64,000 nucleotides of DNA, taken from assembly GCA_026416535.1 (NCBI GenBank), contig JAOAFA010000087.1, positions 5,438 to 69,437 on the forward strand, in the 5' to 3' direction. This document shows, in pieces, positions 18,722 through 30,073 of the stretch (positions within the stretch are counted from its first letter, which is position 1; each line of letters opens with the position of its first letter). The DNA is from Deltaproteobacteria bacterium. GTDB lineage: Bacteria; Myxococcota; SpSt-1050. The position numbers were made by a program, and so were the translations under genes. The notes below the pieces were generated by a model, which was not told where the DNA came from, did not search any database, and was given only the letters and a program-made list of their open reading frames with translations.

Positions 18722-19276
18722 TTTTTTTAATTCTTCAATTAATTCGGCCATTGGAAGTCCAACGACATTTGTATATGAGCCCCTTATCTCTTTGATGATA
18801 GTTGCACCAATCCCCTGAGCCGCATAAGCTCCTGCCTTGTCCATGGGTTCACCACTTTTAATATAGTCTTTTATCTCATTATTACTGAGCTTGCGAAATC
18901 TTACACTTGTCTTTACGACTCTAGTGATTGTTCGATTTTTAAAGTAAATACAAAAGGCCGTATAGACGGTATGCCATTTGTTTTGCAACAGCCTGAGCAT
19001 CCTAAATGCATCTTTTTCATCTTGTGGTTTACCAAATATTTTTCTTTTTAAAACAACTATTGTATCAGCTGATATTATCACGTGCTCATCCGTGTGCTTG
19101 ATTTTTTTTAGGATGGAGTTTACCTTATCTTTAGCCGCTCGCGACACAAATTGAGTTGGGGTTTCACCTTTGCTAGGAATTTCTTGGGTGTTGGGATGTA
19201 TAACTTTGAATATTAGACCATAATTTTTTAGTAGTTCTCTTCTGCGTGGAGAGGATGAACCAAGAATTAGTTTCAT
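18698..19276 (-). CDS. maf: Maf family nucleotide pyrophosphatase
   Basis: LGSSSPRRRELL, ADTIV, FGKP, EPMDKAGAY, NVVGLP. Confidence 0.92.
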   Translation of the reverse strand: MKLILGSSSPRRRELLKNYGLIFKVIHPNTQEIPSKGETPTQFVSRAAKDKVNSILKKIKHTDEHVIISADTIVVLKRKIFGKPQDEKDAFRMLRLLQNKWHTVYTAFCIYFKNRTITRVVKTSVRFRKLSNNEIKDYIKSGEPMDKAGAYAAQGIGATIIKEIRGSYTNVVGLPMAELIEELKKLKIHPKF

Positions 19277-19403
19277 ATAACCTCCATGCACGTTTTAGAA
19301 TTAAATGAATTATTTGTGAAATTCAATAATAAATTATGAACTTTTTAAGGCATTGTAAAAGCCTGGAGGATGTTATTTATAGGTGTTTTTATTTGTGTTA
19401 GTT

Positions 19404-20510
19404 TTACTCTCCATAGGGGTCATCTGTCTGTATCTCTTCTGCGTTTCTCTTATTAGATTCAATTCTGTTTCTAACAAATGCGATCATAGGTTTTAGATAA
19501 TTTTCAAAATGTGGTGCCTCAATACCAGATCCTTTCAAGTATTTATCAGTATTTGTATGAGAAAAGATAATAAACTGATTTAAGACATCAAATAGTGGAA
19601 TATAGTTTGGTATTAACTTTTTGAGAAGGTTTATTTTTAGAAGAGATGTAAGAATATTTGAAGGTGGATAGAACATATTTATTTTTTTGCCAGTCTCTTT
19701 GGAGATTGCATCAAGAGCGGTCTTTATGGATACTGGGTTTGGGTCAACAATATGGAATATTCGTCGAGTAGAATCTGAATTTTTGCTTATATAGTAGACG
19801 GCTTTTATTAAATAGTCTATTGGGACAATGTTTAAGGGTGCTGTGCCTCTATGGGGTATTGGGAGAGGAAATTTCATATCTGTAATAAAGAGGAGGTAAA
19901 GAAGGGCATAGAAACCGTCGAGTTTTTCTGCCTCCCCTGTTGTTGAATCTCCTCCAATCAGAGGAGCACGGAATATCCTCCATAATAGATTACTTTCAGA
20001 CATTATCATCATTTCAGCGACCTGTCTGCTCTTGTAAAGAAAGCAGCTGTACCTTGATTGAACTACGGGCTCTTCAAAGGCGAGTCCTGAATGATTTTCG
20101 AATACCATACAGGATGAGAGATAATTTAGAGGAACGTCTCTCCCAGTATCCTTTACAAATTGGATAATATTTTTTGTGCCTAATATGTTTACTTTTTTAA
20201 TTATATCATCAGGGGTATTTGGATAATAAATGGAGGCAAAATGATAAACATCAGTAACATTATTTAATAGAAATCTGTATTCCTCTGAAGAAAAACCTAA
20301 ATGCATTGTAGCGATATCACCAATGATAGTTCGGACATTCGTCTTAAGATTGTTATTTTCAATAAATGATTTGGCTCGTTTCTCAAATTTGGATGGGACT
20401 AGGACTGCGACATAGTTTTCCTCACTTTGCGCGATGTGGAGGATTAGTTTGCGGGCTGTAAATAAAGGAAAACCTGTAACAAGGAATACTTTTTGAGTAC
20501 CTCTTCCCAT
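19404..20510 (-). CDS. SDR / NAD_binding_4 (male-sterility-like) protein, catalytic motifs degenerate
   Basis: LVTGFPLF, GDIA..HLG, VNILGT, GDSTTGEAEKLDGFY, NIVPIDY. Confidence 0.75.
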   Translation of the reverse strand: MGRGTQKVFLVTGFPLFTARKLILHIAQSEENYVAVLVPSKFEKRAKSFIENNNLKTNVRTIIGDIATMHLGFSSEEYRFLLNNVTDVYHFASIYYPNTPDDIIKKVNILGTKNIIQFVKDTGRDVPLNYLSSCMVFENHSGLAFEEPVVQSRYSCFLYKSRQVAEMMIMSESNLLWRIFRAPLIGGDSTTGEAEKLDGFYALLYLLFITDMKFPLPIPHRGTAPLNIVPIDYLIKAVYYISKNSDSTRRIFHIVDPNPVSIKTALDAISKETGKKINMFYPPSNILTSLLKINLLKKLIPNYIPLFDVLNQFIIFSHTNTDKYLKGSGIEAPHFENYLKPMIAFVRNRIESNKRNAEEIQTDDPYGE

Positions 20511-20515
20511 AATGC

Positions 20516-20986
20516 CTATACTTTCTTAGAGATATATGTCTCAATTATGAATTTAAAGGTCTCAGAATTTTCTTGCAGTAGCTTAACGAATTCGGAGAAT
20601 GCATTAAGTATAAGTCTTAATGACATCTGTGGATTGGTCTTATTTAGCTCTATAAATTTTTGCCGAGGTAGCTTAAGAATTGTTGTATTCTCTTGGGCAA
20701 CAGCATTGATTAAATGTTCGAAATTGCCGATGAGAGATAATAATCCCAGTGTTTCATTCTGGATCAATCTACCAATCATTATTTGTTTACCTTCCGAGTT
20801 TTTGATATAGATGTTTACGCAGCCTTCCATGATTATATAAAGCGCGTCTGCAGGTGTATTCTCCTCAAACACAATTCCTCCTGATTCATATTCTAATTCC
20901 TCAAATACCTCAGCGAATTTTAAGATAGATGCCTCGTCAAATCCCTTAAATAGACTATTGCTTTTTAGAAACTCAATTTGATCCAC
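20516..20986 (-). CDS. Stand-alone cyclic nucleotide-binding domain protein
   Basis: SLFKGF, IVFEE, ALYIIMEG.V, ETLGLLSL; no HTH. Confidence 0.8.
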   Translation of the reverse strand: MDQIEFLKSNSLFKGFDEASILKFAEVFEELEYESGGIVFEENTPADALYIIMEGCVNIYIKNSEGKQIMIGRLIQNETLGLLSLIGNFEHLINAVAQENTTILKLPRQKFIELNKTNPQMSLRLILNAFSEFVKLLQENSETFKFIIETYISKKV

Positions 20987-21513
20987 TATTTCTCCTTGTT
21001 CATAATTAGGTAATCTTCCTTGAGTTCAAGGTAGTGTTTGTGGAAGTATTCGAATCTTTTGACTTCTTCTCTTGTAAATGTCTTTTTGATCTTAGCAGGT
21101 ACTCCGACTACGAGAGAATAAGGGGGGATCTTTGTGTTTTCAGTGAGGACAGCCCCTGCAGCTACAACAGAATATTCTCCGATTTCAGTTCCATCTAATA
21201 GAGTGGCATTCATACCTATTAACACGTCATTTTCAATTTTTGCACCATGTATTGTAGCCTTGTGTCCTATTGTTACTCTGTCGCCTATTATGACTGGAGG
21301 ACCTTGCCTTGAAACGTGGATTAAGACTAAGTCTTGAATACTGCATTGAGAACCAATACGAATACTGTTCATATCACCCCTAATTACTGTGTTAAACCAC
21401 ACATTTGAATCATCTCCTATGACAACATCACCGATTATAAATGCCCCCTCAGCTATAAATACATCCTTTCCAATCTCTGGTTTTTTTCCTTTATATTCAA
21501 TCAGCCTTGCCAT
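20986..21513 (-). CDS. Gamma carbonic anhydrase family protein
   Basis: Hexapeptide repeats, IRGD, IQD, LIH, GHKATIHG. Confidence 0.92.
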   Translation of the reverse strand: MARLIEYKGKKPEIGKDVFIAEGAFIIGDVVIGDDSNVWFNTVIRGDMNSIRIGSQCSIQDLVLIHVSRQGPPVIIGDRVTIGHKATIHGAKIENDVLIGMNATLLDGTEIGEYSVVAAGAVLTENTKIPPYSLVVGVPAKIKKTFTREEVKRFEYFHKHYLELKEDYLIMNKEK

Positions 21514-21907
21514 ATTTTTTCTCCTTCCATGAAATTACATATAACACAACTATATAAAAAATTGAACCAATAAAACCACCTATAGTGTCAGCAAGAATAT
21601 CTCCTATGGAGACTATCCTGTTTGGCACATACAACTGATGGTATTCATCGGAGCAACCAAATAGAAATGAGAAGAATGCTGATGTTAGAACACCTCTTAT
21701 TTTAAAACTACTACCAACGGAGTTCAGGTATGCCCTCATAAATAGGAACCCTAGTACTGCATATTCTAATATATGTAATATTTTGTCATGATTTAATAGA
21801 GGTATGGTGCCAATTTCTATACTTAATGAAGAGAACGTGTAGATCAACAGTAGGTATAATATTACAGGGACATAATAATAAAAAAACAGTATTAAGGATC
21901 TTATCAT
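21497..21907 (-). CDS. VanZ family membrane protein
   Basis: DKILHILEY, SDEYHQLYVPNR, DILAD. Confidence 0.85.
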   Translation of the reverse strand: MIRSLILFFYYYVPVILYLLLIYTFSSLSIEIGTIPLLNHDKILHILEYAVLGFLFMRAYLNSVGSSFKIRGVLTSAFFSFLFGCSDEYHQLYVPNRIVSIGDILADTIGGFIGSIFYIVVLYVISWKEKKYGKAD

Positions 21908-21918
21908 GAGTTGGGAAC

Positions 21919-22386
21919 TTACATCTTGTATTTGCCGAAATCTTCTATAGAGAGAGAGCCTAGATATTCTTTGAGTCTCTCGTCTGGGTCCATTTTCTCT
22001 CGCATCTTTTCAAATACCTCTTCATTAATAAAGATTGGTGCATTCATCCTCAGGGCAACAGCAATTGCATCCGATGGTCTTGAGTCAATGCTGACCTCTC
22101 TATTATCTATTCCGATAACAATTTGTGCATAGAAGGTATTTTCGAGTAGGCTTGTAATTATAATTCTTTCTACACTGGCGTCTATACCGACTAAGATATT
22201 CTTTATTAGATCATGGGTCATGGGTCTTGCAGGCTCTATGCCCTCAATGGCATTCTGTATAGCTATTGCCTCAACAGGTCCGATCCATATTGGTAGTTGA
22301 ATGTTATCTTCTATTGATTTTAATACAACGACTGGAATTTTGTCTTTCTCGTCAAGCAATATTCCTACTACTTCTGCTCTCTTCAT
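21919..22386 (-). CDS. Bifunctional nuclease family protein (DUF151)
   Basis: LPIWIG..EA.AI, RPMTHDL, IDSRPSDAIAVALR. Confidence 0.9.
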   Translation of the reverse strand: MKRAEVVGILLDEKDKIPVVVLKSIEDNIQLPIWIGPVEAIAIQNAIEGIEPARPMTHDLIKNILVGIDASVERIIITSLLENTFYAQIVIGIDNREVSIDSRPSDAIAVALRMNAPIFINEEVFEKMREKMDPDERLKEYLGSLSIEDFGKYKM

Positions 22387-23698
22387 GGTGTTCTCCTTTC
22401 CATAGCTCTCCTAAGAGTGAATGTTTGAGGGCTTTTGTAATTTTGACTTTGACAATCTTTCCCTTTAATTCTTCATTAGATATTATGTTAACAACCCTAT
22501 TGCAGGAAGTTCTTGAGATGTACTGTCCTTGAAATTTCTCTGATTTCTCTTCTACAAGTACATCCAGTACCTTCCCCTCAAGATTTCTGTTTTTCTCCTG
22601 AGCTATTTCCTCGATTCGGCCTTGTAGTATCTTAAGTCTAATCTCCTTTGTTTTTGGAGGGACATCATCTCTTAGTTTTCTATATGCTATTGTCATTGGG
22701 CGGGGGGAATACTTGAAGGAAAATGCTGTATCAAATTTTACCTCTTCAACGAGAGATAGGGTATCCTCAAAGTCCTGGTCTGTTTCGGTTGGGAACCCCA
22801 CAATAATATCTGTTGTAATTGAGATATTCTTCCTAATATCTCTTAGTTTTTTCGTAATTTCTATATAGTGTTGGCGAGAATATTTTCTGTTCATAAGTGA
22901 TAGAATTCTGTCAGAGCCAGACTGAACAGGCAAGTGGATATGATTACACAGTTTTGGTAAGTAACTAAAAGCCATTATTAGTTTATTAGATACATCTTTG
23001 GGATGAGAAGTGGTAAATCTTATTCTCTCAAGTCCTTCTATACTGTGAATATCTTCAAGGAGATCAACGAAATCTGTGTTACTATGTTTGTCATAGTATG
23101 AATTAACATTTTGTCCCAAAATTGTTATTTCTTTTACGCCATTCTCAACTCTTTTTTTTATCTCCTCTAGAATCACTGTCTTTGGGCGGGAGAATTCCCT
23201 ACCTCTTAGATATGGAACTATGCAAAACGAACAGAAGTTGTCACATCCTTTTGTAATATTTACAAAGGCTGTTACACTGTCTTTATCAATCAAAAACTTT
23301 TCTTCGTTGACATAACCTGTATCGGAAGTATCTATTATAGAACGCCTTTCTTTTAGAACCTGGTTTAGTAAAATTGGAAGGTCTTTTATTTGTTGTGGAC
23401 CAAAAATGAGGTCAATGTTTGGAAATCTCTCTTTCAACCTTTCACCCTCTTGTTTAGCAAAGCATCCACATATGGCGACGATCTTTTTGCCTTGGTTCTT
23501 CGATTTGATGTATCTTCCCACGGCTGATAGGGCTTTTTGAGATGGCTTTTCCCTCACAGAGCATGTATTGATAATAATGATATCTGCATTTCTGCTAGAG
23601 TTAGTCTCAAAATGCCCTTCCATTCTGAGAAGGGCATTTATTTCCTCCGAGTCTCTTTCGTTCATTTGGCAACCGTATGTTTCAATGTAGAAATTCAT
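22352..23698 (-). CDS. miaB: tRNA-2-methylthio-N6-dimethylallyladenosine synthase
   Basis: TYGCQMN..DS, NTCSVRE, GCDNFCSFCIVP, RIRFTTSHP, C-terminal TRAM domain. Confidence 0.95.
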   Translation of the reverse strand: MNFYIETYGCQMNERDSEEINALLRMEGHFETNSSRNADIIIINTCSVREKPSQKALSAVGRYIKSKNQGKKIVAICGCFAKQEGERLKERFPNIDLIFGPQQIKDLPILLNQVLKERRSIIDTSDTGYVNEEKFLIDKDSVTAFVNITKGCDNFCSFCIVPYLRGREFSRPKTVILEEIKKRVENGVKEITILGQNVNSYYDKHSNTDFVDLLEDIHSIEGLERIRFTTSHPKDVSNKLIMAFSYLPKLCNHIHLPVQSGSDRILSLMNRKYSRQHYIEITKKLRDIRKNISITTDIIVGFPTETDQDFEDTLSLVEEVKFDTAFSFKYSPRPMTIAYRKLRDDVPPKTKEIRLKILQGRIEEIAQEKNRNLEGKVLDVLVEEKSEKFQGQYISRTSCNRVVNIISNEELKGKIVKVKITKALKHSLLGELWKGEHHEESRSSRNIA

Positions 23699-24087
23699 AA
23701 TCTAATTAATCATAATTATACTCTTAACTTAAGTCAATAGTAAATTCTGTATCAAAAGTTATATTGACTTGATCTACCATAAGGTCTTAGTTAGGAGCCA
23801 TACTAACTCTCCCTTACTTAGTTTGTTCTAAGGTGATCACGAGTGATAATAGTCTTTGTGTTTAAGTGGGTTGTATATAGTTGATGTAGTTTTTTATATA
23901 AACTCTTTGGAACCGTGAATAATTTTATGTTTAATCGAATAGACACATTGTGTGTATTCTTTTATGTAGTACATTGTTTTTAAACTGATAGCCGTGTTTA
24001 TAGGTGTACCACCAGATAGGAGATTCTACAACGGTTAAGAGATAAAATTAATTTTGACAAAATAGGAAATTTTGTATTAAATTAATA

Positions 24088-25377
24088 TTGCTGATGGGTT
24101 GTTACTTTATACATCATTTTCTTGAACGAAAAAGATCGAACTCATCACAGCCAGCCTTCAGACATAAGATCAACAATGAGTGGATATCATACACATGGGA
24201 TGATGTTTATAGAAGATGTAATACCTTAATTTGCTATATGAATCATATTACGGAGGGTGGTTCGTATATTGGGATATTAGGTAAAAACTCTTTAAACTGG
24301 ATTATAGTGGATTATTCATGTTTATTATCTGATAGGATCTCACTGCCGTTTCATATATGGATGGATAGAGAGAGGCTTTTGCACCACCTCTCTTTTGTTT
24401 CATTACTTTTTGTTGACAGCGGGTTTATACCATTTGTAAGGGGTGAGTTTCCTGATGAAAGAATTGTAACGTTAGATAGAAAAGTAGTGGGTTTTACATT
24501 TTTGGGAGAGATCTTCGATAGAGAGACAAAAGAGGATTTTATCGAAAAGTATGAGCGTGATATTAGAGAAGATGAGGTCACAACTGTTCTTTTTACATCT
24601 GGTAATCGTGGAAATTGTACGGGTTCTCTTATAACACAAGGTGCTCTTGCTTTTGAACTTAACTCATTGAAGAAGATGATGATCTATGATGCCTCCACAG
24701 ACGAACAGATGATATTTATGCCTTTTTCTCAAACGTTGGGGAGGCTCGCGGAGATATTACCAGTTGCCTATGGATTCCCTACCGCCATAGTTAATCTTGT
24801 AGATGCCAGCAAACTGGCATCTGATATGAAAGAGGTCCAACCGACTGTGATGGTTGCGTATCCAGATTATTTTATTTATTTGAAAAATGCATTTGAACAG
24901 ATTTTTGAAACTGCCCCACTTTATAAAAAGGTGGGTTTTGAGGCCCTAGCGCACTTAAAGCTAGAGAATAATAAACTCGCAAAAAAATTTAAGGAGCTTA
25001 TCAAAAATACTATTAAAACCCATATAGGCAAGAATATAAGATTCTTTATATGTGGCGGTGGAAAATTGGATAGAGCGATTATTGAATTCTTTGATAACTT
25101 AAAAATACCTATATTACTTGGTTATGGTATGGCGGAAACATCTGGTGCTACTCATATGAATACCTTAGAGAGGAGGAAGGTCGGTTCTGTTGGTCTACCA
25201 CTTGAAGGGGTTGAGACAAGGATTGGTGATGATGGATATATTTGCATTAGAGGCCCTAATCTTCTAAAGGGATATTTAAATGGTGATAGAACGCCAGCGA
25301 TTACTCCTGATGGGTGGCTTAAAACTGATGATATGGGAGAGATTGATGAAGACGGATTTTTATTTATTAAGAGTTAG
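24088..25377 (+). CDS. AMP-binding (long-chain acyl-CoA synthetase-like) protein, C-terminally truncated and degenerate
   Basis: LFTSG, GYGMAETSG, GSVG.PL, RGPN...GY, DGWLKTDD; ends before the GRxK hinge. Confidence 0.7.
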   Translation: MLMGCYFIHHFLERKRSNSSQPAFRHKINNEWISYTWDDVYRRCNTLICYMNHITEGGSYIGILGKNSLNWIIVDYSCLLSDRISLPFHIWMDRERLLHHLSFVSLLFVDSGFIPFVRGEFPDERIVTLDRKVVGFTFLGEIFDRETKEDFIEKYERDIREDEVTTVLFTSGNRGNCTGSLITQGALAFELNSLKKMMIYDASTDEQMIFMPFSQTLGRLAEILPVAYGFPTAIVNLVDASKLASDMKEVQPTVMVAYPDYFIYLKNAFEQIFETAPLYKKVGFEALAHLKLENNKLAKKFKELIKNTIKTHIGKNIRFFICGGGKLDRAIIEFFDNLKIPILLGYGMAETSGATHMNTLERRKVGSVGLPLEGVETRIGDDGYICIRGPNLLKGYLNGDRTPAITPDGWLKTDDMGEIDEDGFLFIKS

Positions 25378-25447
25378 GGATTTTTGGTTGAAGAGTAGAA
25401 ATTTTGAGAGCTCTATTGGATAATAATATTATTTAAGGAGGGATATA

Positions 25448-26548
25448 GTGAGGCGATGCTGGTTATTTAAATTAGCAATGAGTATTATGATTGTTTTTAC
25501 ATTCCTTTCATGTAAGAGTGAACCTAAGGAGATAAAAATAGGATTTATAGGATCGCTTACAGGGAATTTTTCCGCATATGGTAAAAGGGCGCTCGAAGGC
25601 ACAAAACTTGCCATCGAAGAGATAAATAAGAATGGGGGAATTAATGGTAAGAGACTTGTTCTTTACTTGGAAGATGATCGATCAATGGGAGAGCCAGCAC
25701 TAGAGTCAGTGACTAAGCTTGTGGAGTTTGACAAGGTAAATGTAATCTTGGCATTTGCTTCACCCCCAGCGCTTGCTCTTGCTGGTCCTAAGGCGGAACA
25801 AGAAAAGGTTGTGTTTGTTTCATCTCGAACTATTACATCTACGAGTAACGAAGCCGGAGAATACCTTTTTCAATCCTATTCTGAAGGAACTCTTGAGGCT
25901 ATAGAACTAGCGATAGTAGCTAGAAGCAAACTCAAGGCGAAATCAGCATCCATTCTTTACTCGAATGTGCCAGTTGCAATAAATCTTGCACAGGTTTTTA
26001 AAAAGAACTTTCAGGAGAGGGGTGGTGAGATCGCCAGTTTTGATTTTTATCCTCCCAAAAGAACCAATTTCAAGGCTGATGTTGAGGCGATCAAGAGGCA
26101 TGAACCTGATGTAATTTATATTGTTGGAGACTTTGATGAGATGCTATTGATAGCAAAGACTATATCTCAGTTGGGATTGAAAAAGCATGTTATTGTTTCT
26201 GGGATTTCTGGAGCCGAAGTTATCCAGGAGATTCAGAAGTATACGGACAAGCTTATATTTTTGGCCCCAGATTTGTCTATTTCAAATATTCAGGCTGAAA
26301 TTGTCAAATTGAATGTTTCAAGGGAGCAAATGGATCTATTTGTTGGAGAGGCATATGATATTACTCATTATTTGGCATATATAATAGGAAAATACGGGAG
26401 TAGTTCTGAGATGATTGCTCAAGGGATAATGAAAGAACCTATATTTACTGGAGTAAATGGGCGGCACAAAATGATGCGAGGTAATCAGAATCCTCAGATA
26501 CAACCAGTTATGACTATTAAAGATGGTCGATATGTGCCGTTAGACTAA
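25448..26548 (+). CDS. Branched-chain amino acid ABC-type substrate-binding lipoprotein (LivK-like), orphan
   Basis: Lipobox FLSC; IKIGFIGSLTG, LAIEEIN..GGING. Confidence 0.8.
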   Translation: MRRCWLFKLAMSIMIVFTFLSCKSEPKEIKIGFIGSLTGNFSAYGKRALEGTKLAIEEINKNGGINGKRLVLYLEDDRSMGEPALESVTKLVEFDKVNVILAFASPPALALAGPKAEQEKVVFVSSRTITSTSNEAGEYLFQSYSEGTLEAIELAIVARSKLKAKSASILYSNVPVAINLAQVFKKNFQERGGEIASFDFYPPKRTNFKADVEAIKRHEPDVIYIVGDFDEMLLIAKTISQLGLKKHVIVSGISGAEVIQEIQKYTDKLIFLAPDLSISNIQAEIVKLNVSREQMDLFVGEAYDITHYLAYIIGKYGSSSEMIAQGIMKEPIFTGVNGRHKMMRGNQNPQIQPVMTIKDGRYVPLD

Positions 26549-26586
26549 AATAGATAGTAAAGAGCAAAACATGTTTTATATTGTTT

Positions 26587-28056
<1,470 letters not shown>

Positions 28057-28121
28057 TCAAGTAGATGAAAGGGTAGATATTATAAATTTACTGCCATTAC
28101 AATGAAAATCAGCTAAATAAA

Positions 28122-28160
28122 TAAAAACTGGCAAGAGCTATTTATTATGACTCTTGCCAG
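28122..28160 (-). terminator. Intrinsic terminator downstream of pssA
   Basis: 10-bp stem CTGGCAAGAG/CTCTTGCCAG with A-run on the + strand (U-tract on the - strand). Confidence 0.7.
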
Positions 28161-28190
28161 CCAAGGAGGAGCCTATAACACATGAGGGCA

Positions 28191-28958
28191 CTAGTACTCT
28201 TCTTTAATAGCCTCTTCTTTCCTCTTCTTGTAGAGCATTACTTCCATAATGGGACCAAGCAGTGTATAAATTCCTATTAGTGAAAACAGGGCTAGAGGTA
28301 GATTTATTACTACTGAGACATATATTGTGGCTATTAAAATTAGGACAGTTACTGAGAAGTTTTTTGGAGTAGGTCTGACATGTTTGAACGTTGGATATCT
28401 TATATTACTTACCATTAAATAAGAGATAATAGCAGTTAGAATGAGCATGTTGACAGGGGTATTTAGTTTAACTAACTCGTTTGTAGCAAATGAATGGTTC
28501 ATTGTGAGGAACAGAGAGACGACTATACCTGCAGCACCTGGTATTGGTAACCCTACAAAGTATTCCGAGGATTGTTTAGAATTCTTTAGGGAAATTACAT
28601 TGAATCTGGCAAGTCTGAGGGCCCCACAGGTTGCAAACATAGCGGCAGCTGCTACACCAAGTATGCCTAATTCATAAAGACCCCATTTGTATAATAAAAA
28701 TGCCGGTGCAACTCCAAACGCTACGAGGTCGGCAAGAGAATCAAGTTGCATTCCAAATAAGCTCTCAGTCTTTGTCAACCTTGCAACCCTTCCATCCATA
28801 GAATCAAAAAGAATTGAAAAGCAGATAGCTATTGCAGAGTTAATAAGACCCTGAACGCTACCTGTGGACGCGGATATTATTGCATAAATTCCTAGTGTTA
28901 AACTTGATATTGTAAAAAGATTTGGTAAAACATAGATAATTGGTATCTTTCTCTTCAC
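28191..28958 (-). CDS. pssA: CDP-diacylglycerol--serine O-phosphatidyltransferase
   Basis: LPNLFT, DSMDGRVAR...FG.QLDSLAD..AFGVAP, LRLARFN, GLPIP; GTG start with SD AGGGGAG. Confidence 0.9.
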   Translation of the reverse strand: MKRKIPIIYVLPNLFTISSLTLGIYAIISASTGSVQGLINSAIAICFSILFDSMDGRVARLTKTESLFGMQLDSLADLVAFGVAPAFLLYKWGLYELGILGVAAAAMFATCGALRLARFNVISLKNSKQSSEYFVGLPIPGAAGIVVSLFLTMNHSFATNELVKLNTPVNMLILTAIISYLMVSNIRYPTFKHVRPTPKNFSVTVLILIATIYVSVVINLPLALFSLIGIYTLLGPIMEVMLYKKRKEEAIKEEY

Positions 28959-28989
28959 AAAGGCTCTCCCCTTAAACAAAATAAATATT

Positions 28990-29005
28990 ATCAACTGATA
29001 TGCCA
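28990..29005 (-). promoter_or_regulatory. Sigma54-like -24/-12 promoter for pssA
   Basis: Minus strand TGGCATATCAGTTGAT: GG-N10-GA spacing (consensus GG-N10-GC). Confidence 0.45.
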
Positions 29006-29225
29006 GAAAACATAAACGGTTCCAATTTAACGCATTGATTTGATTGATTTTTTTGAGTATAAATGTTCTATGTAATAATAAAATTGTGTAATAAAGTTCC
29101 CAGTGCGTAAGAATTTACGCATTTGGAGTAGTGTGAGGAATTGTCTCTTTTTTAATTTTACAATTAAAATTGGTTAACACTTCTGTCCGAAGATTAAGTA
29201 GTTAGAAGGTGAGGAGAGGTATTCT

Positions 29226-30056
29226 ATGCTTAGTCTTTTGAACTACTTAGAAAATATATATGCTCGTTTAACTTTGACTGATAAAAGTTCTGATATGGTC
29301 AGGCTGATTATGTTTTTTAGAGCCCTTAGTAGATTTGTGAAGATGATTTTGATAACTATTGGACACGCAAGTGTTTACTACTTCTTGACACTCTTGTTTG
29401 GATACTCAAAGGATAGATTTGAAAGGCATACAAAAATGTGGGCGAGAAAACTTGTGAATAGTTTAAACATAACTATTGATTTTGAAGGAGAAATTCCCAG
29501 AACTCCGAACTTGATGGTTGCAAATCACAGGTCATATATTGACATACCAGTTTTATATACGATTCTTCCCGGTGTTTTTTTAGCAAAGAAGGAGGTTTCT
29601 AGGTGGCCAATTATTGGGTTTGCGGCTAGAGCAGCAGGAACCATATTTGTGGATAGGGGAAATCAAGAGAGTAGGAGCAAGGCTAAGGGCGAGATACTCA
29701 AGAGGATAAGGGGTGGTGAGACTGTGTACATATTTCCAGAGGGGACTACAAGCCCCGGACCAAAGCTTTTGGAATTCAAACTAGGGATGTTTAAGATAGT
29801 GTCTGAAAATCAATTGCCTATTGTTCCTGTGGCTATTCAGTATGCTGATAAAAATGATGCATGGCTCGGTGATGACACATTTGTGGGTCATTTTTTCAGG
29901 ACTTTTTCCAAAAAGAGGATTTTTGTAAAAGTTGTCTTTTGTGAACCCGTAATTGGAAGTGATGCAGAGATCATAAAAAGGCTGACCCATAAGGCTATTT
30001 GGGAAAATTTATCGGAATATTTTGAGGTATCTTTACATTTTGAGAATCCAACCTAA
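29226..30056 (+). CDS. Lysophospholipid acyltransferase (PlsC/LPLAT family)
   Basis: NHRSYID (HxxxxD), FLAK.E, FVDR, FPEGT. Confidence 0.9.
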   Translation: MLSLLNYLENIYARLTLTDKSSDMVRLIMFFRALSRFVKMILITIGHASVYYFLTLLFGYSKDRFERHTKMWARKLVNSLNITIDFEGEIPRTPNLMVANHRSYIDIPVLYTILPGVFLAKKEVSRWPIIGFAARAAGTIFVDRGNQESRSKAKGEILKRIRGGETVYIFPEGTTSPGPKLLEFKLGMFKIVSENQLPIVPVAIQYADKNDAWLGDDTFVGHFFRTFSKKRIFVKVVFCEPVIGSDAEIIKRLTHKAIWENLSEYFEVSLHFENPT

Positions 30057-30073
30057 TAAAAAGGAGTTAGGAC

